A stretch of DNA of 64,000 bases from NCBI GenBank assembly GCA_963575745.1, contig CAUYUJ010000002.1:682001-746000 (forward strand), read 5' to 3'. The stretch's first letter is position 1. Every line of letters starts with the position of its first letter. The notes under the pieces were generated by a model. That model was given only the letters and a program-made list of their open reading frames with translations. It had not been told where the DNA came from and ran no database searches. The position numbers and the translations under genes were made by a program. The DNA is from Prorocentrum cordatum. Lineage: Eukaryota. Of this stretch, positions 62,615 through 64,000 are shown piece after piece.

Positions 62615-62816
62615 TTGGGGCCGCCCATCAAGAGGCCGTTGTTTGTCGTCAGGTACTGTTCGGATATGTTACAATTCAGAGGGGTACCCCAGCAGGTATT
62701 CCCAGGGCCAGGCTGAAGACAGATAATGAGTTCTTGCACCGTCGCCATATTTTGGCTCAAGAAATATATCCCCTCCCATCCATCATCAGAGTTTGGGGGA
62801 GGAGGATTGCTTTGCA
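62613..62816 (+). mobile_element. Putative 5' LTR (204 bp, TG...CA) of a copia-type retrotransposon
   Basis: Starts TGTTGGGG exactly where the (GAT)n tract ends. Ends TTGCA immediately before a PBS-like TGG. The 3' LTR lies outside the window, so the LTR cannot be confirmed here. Confidence 0.7.
62738..62761 (+). other. Near full-length DinoSL-like sequence inside the putative LTR
   Basis: ACCGTCGCCATATTTTGGCTCAAG versus ACCGTAGCCATTTTGGCTCAAG: one substitution (A>C) and a 2-nt insertion. Confidence 0.85.
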
Positions 62817-62830
62817 TGGTAGCGCGGAGC
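62817..62830 (+). promoter_or_regulatory. Primer-binding site, probably for initiator tRNA-Met
   Basis: TGGTAGCGCGGAGC lies directly after the LTR-terminal CA and resembles the yeast Ty1 PBS (TGGTAGCGCC). It implies a tRNA with A73 and an A1:U72 pair, typical of eukaryotic initiator tRNA. Confidence 0.7.
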
Positions 62831-62891
62831 ATGTTCTGATCCACGGCATTTCTGCTGAGTGACTCCAGGGAGTCACGGGTCAGCTTCCGCC

Positions 62892-64000
62892 ATGGAGCAG
62901 CAGGTGCAGCTGCAAGCGCAGCAGATTGCAGAGCTGAGAGATTTATTGCAAAGGCAGTCGCAGGAGCTCCAGAGGATGGCCGCGGCCCAGCCAGCAGCAC
63001 CAGCGCAAGCAGCAGCACCAGTGCCCCCAGCAGTGCCACGACGCATGGAAGGTATCTTGGACAGCAAGATAGTAGGGAAGGTCAAGCAGTTTGACGGCCA
63101 ACGTTCTTCATGGAAGACCTTTGAGTTTCACTGGAAGGCCTACTTGGTGGCCAACGATTTTCGTTTCAGAAGGATGTTCCAGGCCATCGAAGATGAACCT
63201 GATGTGGCAATGCTGGTGAACGACGTAGGCAGTGTGAATAATCCAGATTTCGAGCCTCTCTCCAGCCAGCTGTACTTTATGTTGGTGCTGGCGATGCCAG
63301 AGGACAGCACGGGCGAGAGCATCATCTCCAATACACCAGAGGGAGAGGGCGCCCTGGCATGGAAGAAGCTCTTGAACGAGTACTCTCCCAACGAGCCTGG
63401 GGACATAGTGGGACAGTTCAGGAAGATTCTAGGTACGGTGTTCCCCAAGGATGCGGACATTGTCACGGAGATCATGAAGCTGGACAAGGAGATCGCCCGC
63501 TACGAGAAAGCGGGTGGCGAGACGGTGTCGGCGAACGTCTCGCGTGGCATCCTCCTGGGGGCTCTCTCAGAGGAACCTGACCTCCAGAAGCACTTGTTCC
63601 GCAACCTTCGTAGTTTGCCCACCTACGCCGATATGCGAGCGGAGGTGGTGAATGCCCTTGCAGCCCAGAGGAGCGTGAACGACGACGCCATGGACATCGG
63701 TGCGCTCAAGGGCGGCAAGGCGAAGGGCGGCAAGGCGAAGGGCGGCAAGGACGGCAAGAGCAAGAAGGGCAAGGGCTACGACTCCCAGTCCTCCGAGAAG
63801 TGGCGCAGTTACTGTGAGAAGCCGAACCACGTCCGCTCTGAGTGCCGCAAGAAGGCTGCTGATGATCGCCGACGGGATGCAGAGGAGGCCGCGACGAAAG
63901 CCAAGCATGACAAGAAGGATCGCCAGAAGCAGCGGAGAGCTCAGGCTAAGGCTGGAGCCTTGTCTGCTGGCACAGCGCCGTCACTACCGACTACAGGGAC
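62892..64000 (+). CDS. Copia-type Gag (start of gag-pol), open to the window end
   Basis: Manual translation from ATG 62892, absent from the ORF track because it has no stop in the window: MEQQVQLQAQQIAELR...GKVKQFDGQRSSWKTFEFHWKAYL...QLYFMLVL...EGALAWKKLLNEY...MDIGALKGGK...WRSYCEKPNHVRSEC. The CX2CX4HX4C knuckle has its first Cys codon as CGC. Confidence 0.85.
   Translation, partial: MEQQVQLQAQQIAELRDLLQRQSQELQRMAAAQPAAPAQAAAPVPPAVPRRMEGILDSKIVGKVKQFDGQRSSWKTFEFHWKAYLVANDFRFRRMFQAIEDEPDVAMLVNDVGSVNNPDFEPLSSQLYFMLVLAMPEDSTGESIISNTPEGEGALAWKKLLNEYSPNEPGDIVGQFRKILGTVFPKDADIVTEIMKLDKEIARYEKAGGETVSANVSRGILLGALSEEPDLQKHLFRNLRSLPTYADMRAEVVNALAAQRSVNDDAMDIGALKGGKAKGGKAKGGKDGKSKKGKGYDSQSSEKWRSYCEKPNHVRSECRKKAADDRRRDAEEAATKAKHDKKDRQKQRRAQAKAGALSAGTAPSLPTTG

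Noticed and set aside
61711..63039. Poly-Ile / poly-Met membrane protein ORFs
   Set aside because: They derive from the (GAT)n tract and the antisense strand of the LTR/gag start.

Overview
GC-rich, repeat-dense eukaryotic nuclear DNA from a peridinin-type dinoflagellate. The evidence is a nucleus-encoded form II RuBisCO polyprotein and several relict dinoflagellate spliced-leader (DinoSL) sequences; a Prorocentrum-like source is plausible but inferred. All recognisable coding regions are on the + strand: (1) an intronless, disrupted Venus-flytrap/Cys-rich/multi-TM/TIR-like receptor gene preceded by a relict SL (9.0-13.4 kb); (2) a decayed Ty1/copia-like gag-protease-integrase-RT element (24.2-32.6 kb), split in frame by a head-to-tail pair of Helitron-like elements; (3) an intronless four-unit form II RuBisCO polyprotein gene preceded by tandem relict SLs (43.0-49.3 kb); (4) the 5' end of a copia-type LTR retrotransposon (62.6 kb to window end) whose putative LTR contains a near-complete DinoSL, followed by a tRNAiMet-like PBS and an open gag. 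The rest is satellites, microsatellites, MITE-like elements and dispersed repeats. Most ORFs in the supplied track are repeat artefacts. The best candidate for a novel system is the SL-carrying LTR element together with the SL-tagged retrocopies. All family calls are by motif recognition, with no database searches.
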